A stretch of 64,000 nucleotides of DNA from Candidatus Eiseniibacteriota bacterium (GTDB lineage Bacteria > Arandabacterota > Arandabacteria > Arandabacterales > Arandabacteraceae). A model generated the notes under the pieces. That model was not told the DNA's origin, searched no databases, and saw only the letters and a list, made by a program, of their open reading frames with translations. The translations under genes and the position numbers were made by a program. Below are positions 18,377 to 29,528 of the stretch, piece by piece (positions within the stretch are counted from its first letter, which is position 1; each line of letters begins with the position of its first letter). The DNA lies in the NCBI GenBank assembly GCA_043810925.1, contig JBDRNT010000069.1, positions 1 to 64,000 of the forward strand, written 5' to 3'.

Positions 18377-19600
18377 CTACCTCCCCCTGACTGAGAGAGC
18401 AGCTATGCCGGGTAACTCCCGGCCTTCCACAAACTCAAGCGACGCACCACCACCGGTCGAAATGTGCGTGACCTTGTCACTAACACCGGCCCTCGCGACT
18501 GCGCTGGCCGTGTCTCCTCCACCAATGACCGAAACGGCACCCTTCCCGGTGGCATCTGCCACCGCTCTTGCGACGCTGAAAGTGCCCTCAGAGAAATCCT
18601 CTATCTCGAACACACCGACAGGCCCGTTCCAGAATATGGTTCGCGCCCGGCCGATCTCCTCGGCGAACCTCCGGCGTGTTTTCTCACCGATATCGACTAT
18701 CGAAAGCCCCTCCGGAACGGCTTCGTTCCCATCAATCACCGTGGTGGATGCCCCAGCCTCCACCCGGTCTGCGGCCACGAAGTCATCCGGCAGGAGAAAC
18801 GGTACTCTCTTCGAAGCGGCAAGACCCGCTATCTCACTTGCGACATCGAGCGAGGCTGCCTCAAAGAGTGAGCCCCCGATATCGTGGCCCGCGGCCTTGA
18901 GAAACGTGTTGGCAATCCCGCCCCCAATAAGCAGTGAACCGACCCGGTCCATGAGGTTCTTGAGGACTTCTATCTTGCCGGAGATCTTGGCGCCGCCAAG
19001 GATGGCTATGAACGGCTCCTGAGGATTCGCAAGCAGCCTCCCCAGGAACTCCAGTTCCTTCTCCATGAGAAACCCGGCCACTGCGGGTTTGAGATAATGA
19101 GTCACACCCACAGTCGACGCATGCGCCCGGTGGGCCGTCCCGAAGGCGTCGTTTACATAGATGTCCGCCAGCGCCGCAAGCCGGCCGGCGAAACCTGGAT
19201 CGTTGGCCTCCTCTTCGGGATGGAACCGCAGATTCTCCAAGAGGAGCACGTCGCCCGCGTCGAGTGAGCTCGCCATCCGCTCCACCTCGAGCCCTACGCA
19301 GTCGGGAGCAAGATGGACGGTCTTACCCAGCAACTGCTCGAGCGCCGTTCTTACGGGCTTCATGGAAAGACCGGCAACACGTTTGCCCTTTGGCCGGCCG
19401 AGGTGCGATAGGAGGACGGCCGCGCCCCCTTTATCGAGAATATACTCGATCGTGGGAAGTGCCGATCTTATCCGGAAGTCATCCGCGACTTTGCCGTCAT
19501 CAAGTGGGACGTTGAAGTCAACCCTGACGAGCACCCGCTTACCGCCGACATCGACATCACGCAGGGTCATCCTGTTTTCGAAGTACCGGGCTGGAGCCAT
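18377..19600 (-). CDS. pgk: Phosphoglycerate kinase
   Basis: RVDFNVP, LLENLRF, NDAFGTAHR, HISTGGGASLE. Confidence 0.97.
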   Translation of the reverse strand: MAPARYFENRMTLRDVDVGGKRVLVRVDFNVPLDDGKVADDFRIRSALPTIEYILDKGGAAVLLSHLGRPKGKRVAGLSMKPVRTALEQLLGKTVHLAPDCVGLEVERMASSLDAGDVLLLENLRFHPEEEANDPGFAGRLAALADIYVNDAFGTAHRAHASTVGVTHYLKPAVAGFLMEKELEFLGRLLANPQEPFIAILGGAKISGKIEVLKNLMDRVGSLLIGGGIANTFLKAAGHDIGGSLFEAASLDVASEIAGLAASKRVPFLLPDDFVAADRVEAGASTTVIDGNEAVPEGLSIVDIGEKTRRRFAEEIGRARTIFWNGPVGVFEIEDFSEGTFSVARAVADATGKGAVSVIGGGDTASAVARAGVSDKVTHISTGGGASLEFVEGRELPGIAALSVRGR

Positions 19601-19603
19601 TTG

Positions 19604-20617
19604 CTACTTCTTCACCATCATCTTCATCATGTCGATCATCCGGTTGGCATAGCCCGCCTCGTTGTCATACCAAGCACAGACCTTGACGAAGCCGCCTTCG
19701 ACTACAGATGTGAGGCCCGAATCAAATATGCAGGAATACGTATTGCCGATTATGTCGACCGATACCAGTTCACTCTCCGAGTACTCGAGATAGCCCTTGA
19801 GCGGTGCCGTCTCGCTTGCCGTCTTGAAAGCCGCGTTTACCTCTTCTGCAGAGGTCGGCTTCGAGACCACGATGGCGAGGTCGACGATCGAGGCATCCGG
19901 AACGGGTACCCTGATCGAAATCGCGGCGAGCTTGTCCTTGAGCTCCGGAAAGACAATCCCGATCGCCTTTGCGGCACCGGTTGAAGTCGGTATCATCGAG
20001 ACAAATGCCGAGCGGGCCCGCCTCAGATCCTTATGAGGAAAATCAAGGATACGCTGGTCATTCGTGAACGCGTGTATGGTCGTCATCTCGCCCCTTACGA
20101 TCCCGAAGGATTCATGGAGAACCTTGCACATCGGGGCAAGACAGTTGGTTGTACATGAGGCCGTCGAAATCATGTGGTGCTTTGAACCGTCGTAGAGATC
20201 GTCGTTGACACCCATCACAACCGTCAGATCGTTCTCACGCGCGCCCTGCCAGGGGGCAGAGACGATCACCTTGCGGGCACCGGCCTTCAGGTGCAACTCA
20301 GCACTTTCGGGTTTTCTGAAATGCCCGGTCGACTCGATTACGACGTCCACCCCAAGATCGGCCCACGGGAGGTTCGAAGGGTCTTTCTCACTGAACGTTT
20401 TGATCGTCTTGCCGTCCACGACGATCGATCCGTAGCCGGCCTCGACCTTCCTTGGCCAGATACCGTGAACACTGTCATACTTGACGAGGTGTGCCATGGT
20501 CTTGGTGTCGGTAAGATCGTTGAGCGCAACGAACTCAAACTCAGGATTACCAAACCCATACCGGAGGACCAGTCTTCCGATTCTTCCAAACCCGTTGATC
20601 GCACACTTTATCGCCAT
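19604..20617 (-). CDS. gap: Glyceraldehyde-3-phosphate dehydrogenase, type I
   Basis: INGFGRIGR, ASCTTNCLAP, STGAAKA, WYDNE. Confidence 0.97.
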   Translation of the reverse strand: MAIKCAINGFGRIGRLVLRYGFGNPEFEFVALNDLTDTKTMAHLVKYDSVHGIWPRKVEAGYGSIVVDGKTIKTFSEKDPSNLPWADLGVDVVIESTGHFRKPESAELHLKAGARKVIVSAPWQGARENDLTVVMGVNDDLYDGSKHHMISTASCTTNCLAPMCKVLHESFGIVRGEMTTIHAFTNDQRILDFPHKDLRRARSAFVSMIPTSTGAAKAIGIVFPELKDKLAAISIRVPVPDASIVDLAIVVSKPTSAEEVNAAFKTASETAPLKGYLEYSESELVSVDIIGNTYSCIFDSGLTSVVEGGFVKVCAWYDNEAGYANRMIDMMKMMVKK

Positions 20618-20640
20618 TTCAAGTCCCCCCTCTGAGTTTC

Positions 20641-21564
20641 TCAGGCCTTGCCTTCGCTACCGAACAGCTGGATCTTCCTTTTCACAACGTCTTTGATCGC
20701 TTTGCGCGCTCCACCCAGTATCTTCCTCGGATCGAATACTTCCGGACTCTCGGCCAACAGCTCCCGTACGCCTCCCGTGAACGCAAGACGCAGGTCCGTA
20801 TCGATGTTTATCTTTGCCACACCTCGCTTCACGGCCTCCCCGATTGCGTCCTCGGGAACACCCTTGGCCCCGGGTAACTTGGCTCCGTACCTGGCGGCCC
20901 GGTCGAGCACATCTTGTGGAACCGATGAGGCGCCGTGTAGAACCAGCGGGATCGAGACCCTGCGGGCAATCAGGGAAAGGCGCTCAAGGTCCAGCTCCGG
21001 CTCGCCCTTAAACTTGTAGGCACCATGGGACGTTCCTATTGCTACCGCAAGGGAGTCACAACCCGTTCTCTCGATAAACTCCGCCGCCTGCTCAGGATCG
21101 GTGAGGGACGCATCCCGTTCACGCACGCTTACCATGTCCTCAACTCCGGCAAGACGGCCGAGCTCGGCTTCCACGGAGACACCGACTGTATGAGCTATAC
21201 CGGCAACCTCCGAGGTGATCGATACGTTCTGCTCGTACTCCTCGCTCGAGGCATCTATCATAACCGATGTCCAGCCGTGCCTGAGACACCTGACCGCGAT
21301 CGAGAGATCCTTGCCGTGGTCGAGGTGCAGAGCCGCCTTAACCCCGTAGTATTCCGACAGATGCTTGACCATCGTGAAGAGATTGACGAAGCCTGCATAC
21401 TTGATGGCGGACTCAGAAGTCGCGATCATCACCGGTGAATGCATCTCGGATGCGGCCTCGAATATCGCCTGCGATATCTCGAGGTTGCTTGTGTTAAACG
21501 CACCCACGGCATAGCCGTTGTCCCGCGCAGGAATCAGAATGTCATTGGAAGAAACAAGCGCCAT
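20641..21564 (-). CDS. fba: Class II fructose-1,6-bisphosphate aldolase
   Basis: LHLDHG, VEAELG, AIGTSHGAYK, LVLHGAS, KINIDTD. Confidence 0.95.
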   Translation of the reverse strand: MALVSSNDILIPARDNGYAVGAFNTSNLEISQAIFEAASEMHSPVMIATSESAIKYAGFVNLFTMVKHLSEYYGVKAALHLDHGKDLSIAVRCLRHGWTSVMIDASSEEYEQNVSITSEVAGIAHTVGVSVEAELGRLAGVEDMVSVRERDASLTDPEQAAEFIERTGCDSLAVAIGTSHGAYKFKGEPELDLERLSLIARRVSIPLVLHGASSVPQDVLDRAARYGAKLPGAKGVPEDAIGEAVKRGVAKINIDTDLRLAFTGGVRELLAESPEVFDPRKILGGARKAIKDVVKRKIQLFGSEGKA

Positions 21565-21579
21565 TGACCACCTCCGTGA

Positions 21580-22620
21580 TCAGCCAAAGAAAAGCGAGGC
21601 AATATCGTAGAGCTCCATGTCGAGCTTCTTCAACCTGAGAGCGTCTTCCATAGGTATGGCCGTGATCTTGGTGCCCTTGAGCGCGACCATCTTACCGAAT
21701 TCGCCATTTGCAATCAGCTCGCAGGCCTTTACCCCGTATCTCGTCGCAAGAACACGGTCAGCAGCCGTAGGAGTGCCACCGCGCTGCACATAGCCGAGCG
21801 CAGAGACCCTCGTTTCAAAATGAGTCCGCCTGCTTATCTCTCTTGCGAGGATATTGCCTATACCACCCAGTCTCACATGACCGAAATCGTCGATTTCCGT
21901 ATCCTGGGTGATCAGGCTCCCACTGCCGCAATCATCGTCCCGGAACGTCGCCCCCTCGGCAGCGACCACGATGCTGAAGCTCTTGCCGCGCTTGTGGCGT
22001 CTGTGTATAAGATCGCAGACCTTGCCTATCTCGAATGGTTCTTCAGGAATCAGTATCACGTCCGCGCCACCGGCAATGCCGGCGAATACCGCGATCCAGC
22101 CGGTATGCCTGCCCATCACCTCAACCACGATCACCCTGTGATGGGACTCGGCAGTGGTGTGCAACCTGTCGATCGCTTCCGTGGCTATGTTGATCGCCGT
22201 ATCGAAACCGAAGGTGAAATCCGTGCCACCGAGATCATTGTCGATGGTCTTGGGTACCCCGACCGTCGCCATGCCGAGCTCGTAAAGCTTGTGCGCAACA
22301 CCCAGCGTGTCCTCACCACCAATGGCTACGGTAGCGTCGATTCCCAGCTTCCCTGCGTTCTCGACTATGGTCTCGGGTACGCCTTCCTTCTTGAATGGAT
22401 TGGTCCTGCTGGTGCCGAGGATTGTACCGCCCTTGGGCAATATGCCTGAGACTTTTCCTAAGTCCAGCTCTACGACATCGCAGTTCACATACCCCGCCCA
22501 GCCGTTCTTGACGCCGAAAACCTCCCAGCCATACTCCGTTATGGACTTCCTCACCACCGCCCTTATGACGGCATTAAGTCCCGGACAGTCTCCACCACCC
22601 GTAAGGACACCTATTCTCAT
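21580..22620 (-). CDS. pfkA: 6-phosphofructokinase (group III, possibly PPi-dependent)
   Basis: GVLTGGGDCPGLN, GGEDT, PKTIDND, EVMGR; start set at ATG 22620 (GGAGG RBS). Confidence 0.92.
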   Translation of the reverse strand: MRIGVLTGGGDCPGLNAVIRAVVRKSITEYGWEVFGVKNGWAGYVNCDVVELDLGKVSGILPKGGTILGTSRTNPFKKEGVPETIVENAGKLGIDATVAIGGEDTLGVAHKLYELGMATVGVPKTIDNDLGGTDFTFGFDTAINIATEAIDRLHTTAESHHRVIVVEVMGRHTGWIAVFAGIAGGADVILIPEEPFEIGKVCDLIHRRHKRGKSFSIVVAAEGATFRDDDCGSGSLITQDTEIDDFGHVRLGGIGNILAREISRRTHFETRVSALGYVQRGGTPTAADRVLATRYGVKACELIANGEFGKMVALKGTKITAIPMEDALRLKKLDMELYDIASLFFG

Positions 22621-22675
22621 ACCATCGAGCCTCCTTAGATTCCGTAGGACCTTGCTGAAGGACTGATTATCCATC

Positions 22676-22705
22676 AATCTAATCGAGGAACTTCTCAGCT
22701 GTCAA
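22676..22705 (-). promoter_or_regulatory. Sigma70-type promoter for the glycolytic genes
   Basis: Minus strand TTGACA-18-TAGATT. Confidence 0.5.
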
Positions 22706-22733
22706 GGGATTTCAAGGACGCCGGGAGACATCC

Positions 22734-23495
22734 TCACTGATCCTCGCTTGAGAGGTTGAGGATCGCCTGTCCGGCAGCCACCTGCTCGGCATCCTTCCTG
22801 CTTCTGCCGGATCCGAAGCCGTAAGTCTCCCCCTTTATTCGAACCTCCACGTGGAAGACCTTGCGGTGCTCGGGGCCCACGCGCTTGACGATCCTGTAGT
22901 CCGGATGGGTTTTGAATCGCGCCTGGCAGATCTCCTGTAGCCTGCTTTTGTGATCGACCGTGGCGTGCGGTGAATCTGCGTCGCTGACCGGGTCCACTAT
23001 CCTGTCTATCACGAATCCGCAGGCCGCATTGAATCCCTTGTCCAGATAGATGGCCCCGATCACGGCTTCGAGCGCATCCGCACTCAACGTGAGCAGGGCA
23101 CGATCGTCGTTTCGGATCTCTTCCCTCGCATAGAGCAGCAGGTCCAGCAGTCCCAGCTTCATCCCGGTCTTGCCGAGGGCAGTCTTGTTGACTATTCTTG
23201 ATCTTGCCTTGGTCATTACACCTTCGTCGGCATCACTCATCGACCGGAAGAGGTAATCGCTCGCGATCAGACCGAGTACTGAATCCCCGAGAAACTCAAG
23301 CCTTTCATTTGAGACCGAGATACCTTCGCGATCGGGATACGACCTGTGGGTCAGGGCGACCCTCAGAAGCCAGGGGTCGTTGAACCAGATACCGAAGCTC
23401 TTCTTGAAATGGGAATGTATACGGGCTGTCTCGTCTGCTGCGCCTCCGCGCCCCAGCAAACCACCAACGAATCGCCTAATCCATTGCCCAGCCAA
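22734..23495 (-). CDS. rnc: Ribonuclease III
   Basis: ALTHRS, NERLEFLGDSVL, dsRBD DHKSRLQE. Confidence 0.95.
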   Translation of the reverse strand: MAGQWIRRFVGGLLGRGGAADETARIHSHFKKSFGIWFNDPWLLRVALTHRSYPDREGISVSNERLEFLGDSVLGLIASDYLFRSMSDADEGVMTKARSRIVNKTALGKTGMKLGLLDLLLYAREEIRNDDRALLTLSADALEAVIGAIYLDKGFNAACGFVIDRIVDPVSDADSPHATVDHKSRLQEICQARFKTHPDYRIVKRVGPEHRKVFHVEVRIKGETYGFGSGRSRKDAEQVAAGQAILNLSSEDQ

Positions 23496-23507
23496 GTTTC
23501 GAACCTG

Positions 23508-24758
23508 TCACCCTTCGTAGGCTTTGACAATCAGGGTTGCGTTATGTCCCCCGAAGCCAAAGGAATTGCTCAGGACCACGTTCACTGTCGCTTCCCGTGC
23601 CTCGCCCGGTACATAGTCAAGATCGCAATCCGGATCGGGAATCTCATGATTGATCGTAGGATGTATCTTCCCGTCCCGTATCGATAACACACACGTCTGG
23701 AGCTCTACCGCCCCGGCGGCTCCGAGCAAATGACCGATCATTGACTTGGTCGAGACAACCGGAATCTTGTACGCTCCATCTCCGAATACCGTCTTGATGG
23801 CAAGTGTTTCCAGTCTATCGTTATGCGGGGTCGAGGTCCCGTGAGCATTTATGTACGACACGTCCTGAGGAGTCAGCCCGGCATCGGCCAAGGCATGTGA
23901 CATCGATCTGGCCGCACCAGCTCCGTCGGGCGCAGGAGCCGTCATGTGATACGCGTCGGCAGTGGCCCCGTAGCCGACCAGCTCCGCATATATCCGCGCG
24001 TTTCTGCCGACGGCATGTTCCATGGTCTCCAGGACGAACATGCCTGCCCCCTCACCCAGTACAAAACCGTCACGGTCCTTATCAAATGGACGGCTTGCCC
24101 TGGAAGGCTCGTCATTCCTCGTCGAAAGCGCTTTCATCGAGGAGAATCCCGCAACGGTCATGGGTGTGACGCCGGCTTCCGCGCCGCCGACCACCATGGC
24201 GTCGGCGTCTCCCCTCTGGAGTATCCGGAACGCTTCTCCTATAGCATGCGCACCGGACGCACAGGCAGAAACAACCGAGAAGTTCGGCCCCTTAAGACCG
24301 AACCGTATGGAAATCAACCCCGGTGCCATGTCCAGGATCATCATGGGAACAAAGAACGGACTGACCCTCGAGGGACCTCTCTCAACCAGTCTGCTGTGCT
24401 GTGTCTCAAATGTCCCAATGCCTCCGATACCGGCGCCAACGAGAACCCCTATTCTGGTTGTGTCTTCCTTTTCCAGATCGAGAGCGGCGTCCTTGATCGC
24501 CATATCGGAACACGCAACCGCGAGTTGCGTGAAGCGATCCATCTTCCGGGCATCCACCCTTTCTACATAATCCTCGGGATTGAAACCCTTGATCTCCCCG
24601 GCTATCTTGCTGGCGTACTCTTCCGGATCGAAGTGCGTGATCGTATCGATGCCGTTCTTGCCCTCAAGGCAGTTCTTCCAGAATTCCTCAAGGGACAGAC
24701 CTATGGAAGTGATTGCACCCATACCAGTCACGACGACTCTTGTTCTATCCATGTCCAT
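23508..24758 (-). CDS. fabF: Beta-ketoacyl-ACP synthase II
   Basis: [35 protein letters not shown]. Confidence 0.96.
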   Translation of the reverse strand: MDMDRTRVVVTGMGAITSIGLSLEEFWKNCLEGKNGIDTITHFDPEEYASKIAGEIKGFNPEDYVERVDARKMDRFTQLAVACSDMAIKDAALDLEKEDTTRIGVLVGAGIGGIGTFETQHSRLVERGPSRVSPFFVPMMILDMAPGLISIRFGLKGPNFSVVSACASGAHAIGEAFRILQRGDADAMVVGGAEAGVTPMTVAGFSSMKALSTRNDEPSRASRPFDKDRDGFVLGEGAGMFVLETMEHAVGRNARIYAELVGYGATADAYHMTAPAPDGAGAARSMSHALADAGLTPQDVSYINAHGTSTPHNDRLETLAIKTVFGDGAYKIPVVSTKSMIGHLLGAAGAVELQTCVLSIRDGKIHPTINHEIPDPDCDLDYVPGEAREATVNVVLSNSFGFGGHNATLIVKAYEG

Positions 24759-24787
24759 AGACTCCGAGTTTGACCGCAGGTTTTCGG

Positions 24788-25030
24788 CTACTTGTCTCCC
24801 AGCTTCTTTGTTATGTAATCGACAGCGTCTTTGACCGTCTGGATTTTCTCCGCCTCTTCATCCTCTATCTCGACTCCGAATACTTCCTCAAGTTCCATCA
24901 TCAGTTCGACCGTGCTGAGCGAGTCAGCCCCGAGATCGTTTCTGAAAGAGGCCTCGGGCGTGATCTTGTCCTCGCTTGTACCCAGCTTGTCCATGATAAT
25001 CTCTTTTACCTTTGTTTCAACTTCTGACAT
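24788..25030 (-). CDS. acpP: Acyl carrier protein
   Basis: DLGADSL motif, acidic, about 80 aa. Confidence 0.95.
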   Translation of the reverse strand: MSEVETKVKEIIMDKLGTSEDKITPEASFRNDLGADSLSTVELMMELEEVFGVEIEDEEAEKIQTVKDAVDYITKKLGDK

Positions 25031-25050
25031 CTGACTCAACCTCCTCTCAG

Positions 25051-25794
25051 TTACATAGCCATTCCACCGTCAATGTGAATCACCTGACCGGTGATATAGT
25101 CTGCATCATCCGATGCAAGAAAAGCAACAGTTTTAGCGACATCCTCGGCGCTGCCCGGTCTGCCGAGGGGAACCATGGACAGCAGACCCGAACGTGCCTT
25201 TTCAGAAAGCGTTGCCGTCATTTCGGTCTCGATGAAACCCGGGGCGACGGCATTTGCGGTGACTCCCCTGGATGCAAGCTCCTTGGCGAGCGACTTGGTA
25301 AGACCTATGATGCCGGCCTTTGAGGCACAGTAGTTGGCCTGCCCTGCATTACCCATTACACCAACAACGGACGCCACACTTACGATACGTCCGAAACGCT
25401 GCTTCATGAAGTGCTTCGCCGCCACACGGCAGCAGTTGAATGTCCCCGTCAGGTTGACGGCGATAACACTTGCCCAATCCTGATCGGACATCCGCACTAT
25501 AAGACCGTCCCGCGTAATACCTGCGTTGTTGATGAGGATGTGCGCACCGCCAAGCGATTCGAGCACACCGGCGAACATGCGCTGGACATCTTCAGGCTTC
25601 GCGACATCGCAGACCAGACCGACGGCCTTCCGTCCCCGGGCCTTCACCTGCTCTGCAGTCTCAAGCGCTTCCGCCTCAAGGAGATCAACGGCCGCAACAT
25701 CGGCACCGCACTCAGCAAGTCTGAGACATACGCTTCGCCCTATGCCGCGCCCGCCACCGGTCACGATTGCACACTTCCCGCCTAGGTCTATCAA
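25051..25794 (-). CDS. fabG: 3-oxoacyl-ACP reductase
   Basis: [21 protein letters not shown]. Confidence 0.95.
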   Translation of the reverse strand: MIDLGGKCAIVTGGGRGIGRSVCLRLAECGADVAAVDLLEAEALETAEQVKARGRKAVGLVCDVAKPEDVQRMFAGVLESLGGAHILINNAGITRDGLIVRMSDQDWASVIAVNLTGTFNCCRVAAKHFMKQRFGRIVSVASVVGVMGNAGQANYCASKAGIIGLTKSLAKELASRGVTANAVAPGFIETEMTATLSEKARSGLLSMVPLGRPGSAEDVAKTVAFLASDDADYITGQVIHIDGGMAM

Positions 25795-26726
25795 GTGACC
25801 ACCCCGTTAACAAAACCCTCGATGCTCTCCTTGTCGGAACATGGTACACATTTCGCCTCAGGATCAATCCTCTTCAAGAGCCCACAGAGAACCTTGCCGG
25901 GGCCTACCTCTACGAATGATGTGACGTCCTGGTCCAACAGATATTTCATCGATTGGTACCACATGACGGGACTTGTCAACTGCTTCCTCAGGAGCTCCGC
26001 GATCTCAGCCGGCCCCGTGACACCGCGCGCGGCAACATTGGATACGACGGGGACTTCCGCATCTTTGAAGCTCACGGTCTCGATGGCGGACGCCAGCTCC
26101 TGCTCCGCCGGTTTCATAAGAGGAGAGTGAAAAGCGCCGCTGACGTTGAGCCTTATGGCTCTCTTTGCGCCGTGGGAGCGGGCAACCTCAATAGCCCTCT
26201 CTACGGCCGCCACCTCACCACTCACGACCGTCTGTGCCGGGGAGTTGTAGTTGGCCGGCACGATTATGCCGGTCTGCCCTGCATCACCAAGCAGGTCGTC
26301 CAGATTGTTCTCGGGTATGCCTATAATCGCAGCCATTGCCCCCGGTGTCTCGACGCCGGAGGAGTACATGGCCGCGGCCCTGACCCTGACCAGCCTCAGC
26401 GCATCGGCGTACGCGAGCGAACCATTCGCCACCAGCGCCGAGTACTCACCTACGCTGTGTCCTGCAACAAAGTCGGGGGAAGCGCCCTTGTCATCTATCA
26501 CACGCCAGGCCGCCACGCTGTGGGCCAGTATCGCCAGTTGAGTGTACCGGGTTTCCCTGAGCTTCTCCTCCGGACCGTTAAAACATATGTCGGTGAGGTC
26601 AAAGCCCAGTACTTCATCGGCGACATCGAACGCATCCCTGGCGACCGGAAAAGCACCGGCGATGTCCTTTCCCATACCGACATACTGGGAACCCTGGCCG
26701 GGAAAAATGAATGCTGTCTTAGACAT
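25791..26726 (-). CDS. fabD: Malonyl-CoA:ACP transacylase
   Basis: FPGQGSQ, GHSVGEY, SGAFHS. Confidence 0.96.
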   Translation of the reverse strand: MSKTAFIFPGQGSQYVGMGKDIAGAFPVARDAFDVADEVLGFDLTDICFNGPEEKLRETRYTQLAILAHSVAAWRVIDDKGASPDFVAGHSVGEYSALVANGSLAYADALRLVRVRAAAMYSSGVETPGAMAAIIGIPENNLDDLLGDAGQTGIIVPANYNSPAQTVVSGEVAAVERAIEVARSHGAKRAIRLNVSGAFHSPLMKPAEQELASAIETVSFKDAEVPVVSNVAARGVTGPAEIAELLRKQLTSPVMWYQSMKYLLDQDVTSFVEVGPGKVLCGLLKRIDPEAKCVPCSDKESIEGFVNGVVT

Positions 26727-26732
26727 TGGTCG

Positions 26733-27737
26733 TCACCACCTCATCAGGACGCTGGCCCATGTCAGGCCTCCTCCGAAGGAAACCAGTTCGACCAGCATGC
26801 CCTCCTTGAGAACGCCCTTTTCCTTGGCTTCGGTAAGGGCCATCGGGATTGAAGCCGCTGAAGTATTACCGTATTGATCCACGTTGGTGAAAACCTTCTC
26901 GGGCGGGATATTTATCCTTCTGGCCGTAGCGTCGATGATCCTCATATTCGCCTGGTGAGTCACGAGCAGGTCCAGATCGTCGCCACTGTATCCCGCATCA
27001 TCCAGCACCTCGACGGCCGCGCTGGCCATTGCCTTGACCGCAGCCTTGAAGAGCTTGTTACCCTGCATCTTCACATAGTGGTGGCCGCCCTTGATCGTCT
27101 CAACGGTCGGTGGCATCCTTGACCCGCCTGCAGGAAGTTTGAGAAGATCACCCATGGTCCCGTCACTCGCCAGCAAGGACGAGACTATACCACGCCCGTC
27201 CCCTACCCTACCGACAACGGCAGCCCCCGCACCATCACCGAACAACACACAGGTTGTCCTGTCGGTCCAGTCGACTATCTTTGTAAGCGTTTCGGCTCCT
27301 ATCACGAGAACCTTGTTGTACTTGCCGGTCGTCACGAAGTCCTGGGCGATTGAAAGCCCATAGAGGAAACCGCTGCATGCGGCACTGACATCGAATGCCG
27401 CTGCACGCCTTGCACCTATCTCCTTCTGTACAAGGCACCCCGTGGACGGAAAGAACATATCGGGTGTGGCGGTCCCAACGATGATCACGTCAATGTCATC
27501 AGGTTTCAGACCGGCATCCTCGAGCGCCCTCAACGCAGCACCGGCAGCAAGGTCGGATGTCGCTGTCTGTGCATCCGCCTTGTGCCTCTTCCGGATTCCC
27601 GTGCGTTCCACTATCCACTCATCGGTCGTGTTGACAATCTTCTCAAGATCGAGGTTGGTCAGCTCTCCTTCCGGGACATATGAGCCGATCCCGATTATGC
27701 CTATGCCGCTAGGTTGCTTTCGATGAGCTGTGTTCAC
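26733..27737 (-). CDS. fabH: Beta-ketoacyl-ACP synthase III
   Basis: AACSGF, HQAN, YGNTSAASIP. Confidence 0.96.
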   Translation of the reverse strand: MNTAHRKQPSGIGIIGIGSYVPEGELTNLDLEKIVNTTDEWIVERTGIRKRHKADAQTATSDLAAGAALRALEDAGLKPDDIDVIIVGTATPDMFFPSTGCLVQKEIGARRAAAFDVSAACSGFLYGLSIAQDFVTTGKYNKVLVIGAETLTKIVDWTDRTTCVLFGDGAGAAVVGRVGDGRGIVSSLLASDGTMGDLLKLPAGGSRMPPTVETIKGGHHYVKMQGNKLFKAAVKAMASAAVEVLDDAGYSGDDLDLLVTHQANMRIIDATARRINIPPEKVFTNVDQYGNTSAASIPMALTEAKEKGVLKEGMLVELVSFGGGLTWASVLMRW

Positions 27738-28728
27738 GCTTTTTCAACCTTTCCTTTATAATGGACCTGACATCGTACCTTATATAGTCCTGAGTTGCAA
27801 GAACAGCATTCTTGACAGCCCTGACGGACGAACTGCCGTGAGCAATCGTGCAAACGCCGTCAACCCCCAGGAGGGGGGCACTCCCGTATTCAGCATAGTC
27901 GAACCGGGCTTTGAGCTCCTTGAACGCGGGCTTCAGGAGAAGTCCACCGATCCGGCCCCTCAACGTGGACGTCAGGGAATCCCGCATGACGCCGTATACC
28001 ATGTCCACGACGCTTTCCGCAAACTTGAGAACTATGTTCCCGACAAAGCCATCGCAGATGACCACGTCGACGGAACCCCTGAAGATATCACGGCCTTCAA
28101 CGTTACCTATGAAATTGAGATTACTCTCCTTAAGGAGTTTGTAGGTCTCCTGGATGATTCCCGTACCCTTGCTGCTCTCCTCACCGACGTTGAGAAGCCC
28201 GACCCTTGGTTGCTCCTTCTTAAGAACAGCATCGGCATAGCACGATCCCATGACACCGTACTGGAAGAGATGCAGGGGTGTGCAATCGATGTTGGCTCCG
28301 ACATCAAGCAGCACGCACCCACCACCACCCGTCGGAACATACGTGGCAATCGCAGGTCGCTTCACACCTTCGATTCTGCCCAACGTGAAAAGAGCGCTGG
28401 CCACCACGGCGCCGGTGTTACCGGCGCTTATGAAGCCGTCGATACCGCCCTCACGGTGAAGATGGAGACCGACCGCAATCGAAGAATCCCGCTTCTTCCT
28501 GAGCGCAACGGAGGGCTGTTCGTCCATTGCCACCACGTCTCTGGCATCTGCGATCTCAAACACCGAGGCGGCAATTCCTCTTGAGGAAATCTCTTTGAGG
28601 ATCTGGCTATTCCTGCCGACAAGCGTTATGTCGAGCCCGCTACCGGCTTCCTCAAGAGCCGCAAGAGCACCTTCTACTATAACGCCGGGGGCCCTGTCAC
28701 CACCCATCGCGTCAAGTCCTATCCTCAC
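27709..28728 (-). CDS. plsX: Phosphate acyltransferase PlsX
   Basis: LDAMGGDRAP, SAGNTGA, LDVGAN, CDGFVGN. Confidence 0.96.
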   Translation of the reverse strand: MRIGLDAMGGDRAPGVIVEGALAALEEAGSGLDITLVGRNSQILKEISSRGIAASVFEIADARDVVAMDEQPSVALRKKRDSSIAVGLHLHREGGIDGFISAGNTGAVVASALFTLGRIEGVKRPAIATYVPTGGGGCVLLDVGANIDCTPLHLFQYGVMGSCYADAVLKKEQPRVGLLNVGEESSKGTGIIQETYKLLKESNLNFIGNVEGRDIFRGSVDVVICDGFVGNIVLKFAESVVDMVYGVMRDSLTSTLRGRIGGLLLKPAFKELKARFDYAEYGSAPLLGVDGVCTIAHGSSSVRAVKNAVLATQDYIRYDVRSIIKERLKKREHSSSKAT

Positions 28729-28758
28729 AAGCGGCCACTCCTTCTCAAGTCATCCCTG

Positions 28759-28935
28759 CTATTCGGTCTCGATGACCTTGACATCCTTATAGTGGCCACA
28801 GTGTGGGCAGACCCTGTGAGGCATCACCGGCTCGTCACACTTGGGACACTTCGCAAGCCCCGGCGGACTCAGTTTCCAGTGCGTACGTCGCTTCCGCTTC
28901 CGGGTCTTGGAGATCTTCCGCTTTGGAACTGCCAT
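28759..28935 (-). CDS. rpmF: 50S ribosomal protein bL32 (zinc-ribbon form; absent from the ORF track)
   Basis: Hand translation [58 protein letters not shown]. Confidence 0.96.
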   Translation of the reverse strand: MAVPKRKISKTRKRKRRTHWKLSPPGLAKCPKCDEPVMPHRVCPHCGHYKDVKVIETE

Positions 28936-28971
28936 CGCGCTAACTCCTTTACACTAAACACAATGCGTGAA

Positions 28972-29481
28972 TCACTTAATCTTCTTCAGAGCATCCCATC
29001 TACTATCATTTGAGTCTCTTTCACACGAGCATTTGTCAACATTCAGGTCTACACCACACACCGGGCACAGCCCTTTGCATTCGTCGCTGCAAAGGGGTTT
29101 GAATGGAGCCACGATAAGCAGTTCGCTCCTCACATGATCTGCCAGGTCAATGTACTTGCTGCCGGCCGGCACCTCGATCACACTGTCCCTTTCCCCGACA
29201 TCCGTCAGATCGCCGCTCGCTCCGATAACGCACCATACACCAATGGGGCACTCCAGGACAAGGGAATACTCCTCAAGGCATCGTCCGCACTCAAGGACGC
29301 CTCTGACAGCAGCCTTACCTTTAAGAAAGATGTCATTCCCATTCCTGTCGGCCTTGAGTCTGATTTCGACCGGTGTTTCGAAGCACATATCCTCAGGTGA
29401 TACACCGAGCTCCGCCGCATCCACCGTAATATCCATCTCTGAGGTCCCTTCCGGGATCGATCCAATGTCAAGATTGATCAC
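28972..29481 (-). CDS. yceD: YceD/DUF177 protein
   Basis: ECGRCL and LCSDECKGLCPVCG...DSRW..L; lies just before rpmF. Confidence 0.9.
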   Translation of the reverse strand: MINLDIGSIPEGTSEMDITVDAAELGVSPEDMCFETPVEIRLKADRNGNDIFLKGKAAVRGVLECGRCLEEYSLVLECPIGVWCVIGASGDLTDVGERDSVIEVPAGSKYIDLADHVRSELLIVAPFKPLCSDECKGLCPVCGVDLNVDKCSCERDSNDSRWDALKKIK

Positions 29482-29494
29482 GCCTCACCCCGAT

Positions 29495-29523
29495 ATGCTA
29501 ATTCACCAGCGGTTCCCTGTCAA
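29495..29523 (-). promoter_or_regulatory. Sigma70-type promoter for yceD-rpmF-fab
   Basis: Minus strand TTGACA-17-TAGCAT. Confidence 0.55.
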
Positions 29524-29528
29524 CCGGC

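Noticed and set aside
23508..28728. Type II PKS cluster
   Set aside because: It has the standard plsX-fabHDG-acpP-fabF-rnc order with no chain-length factor or cyclase.
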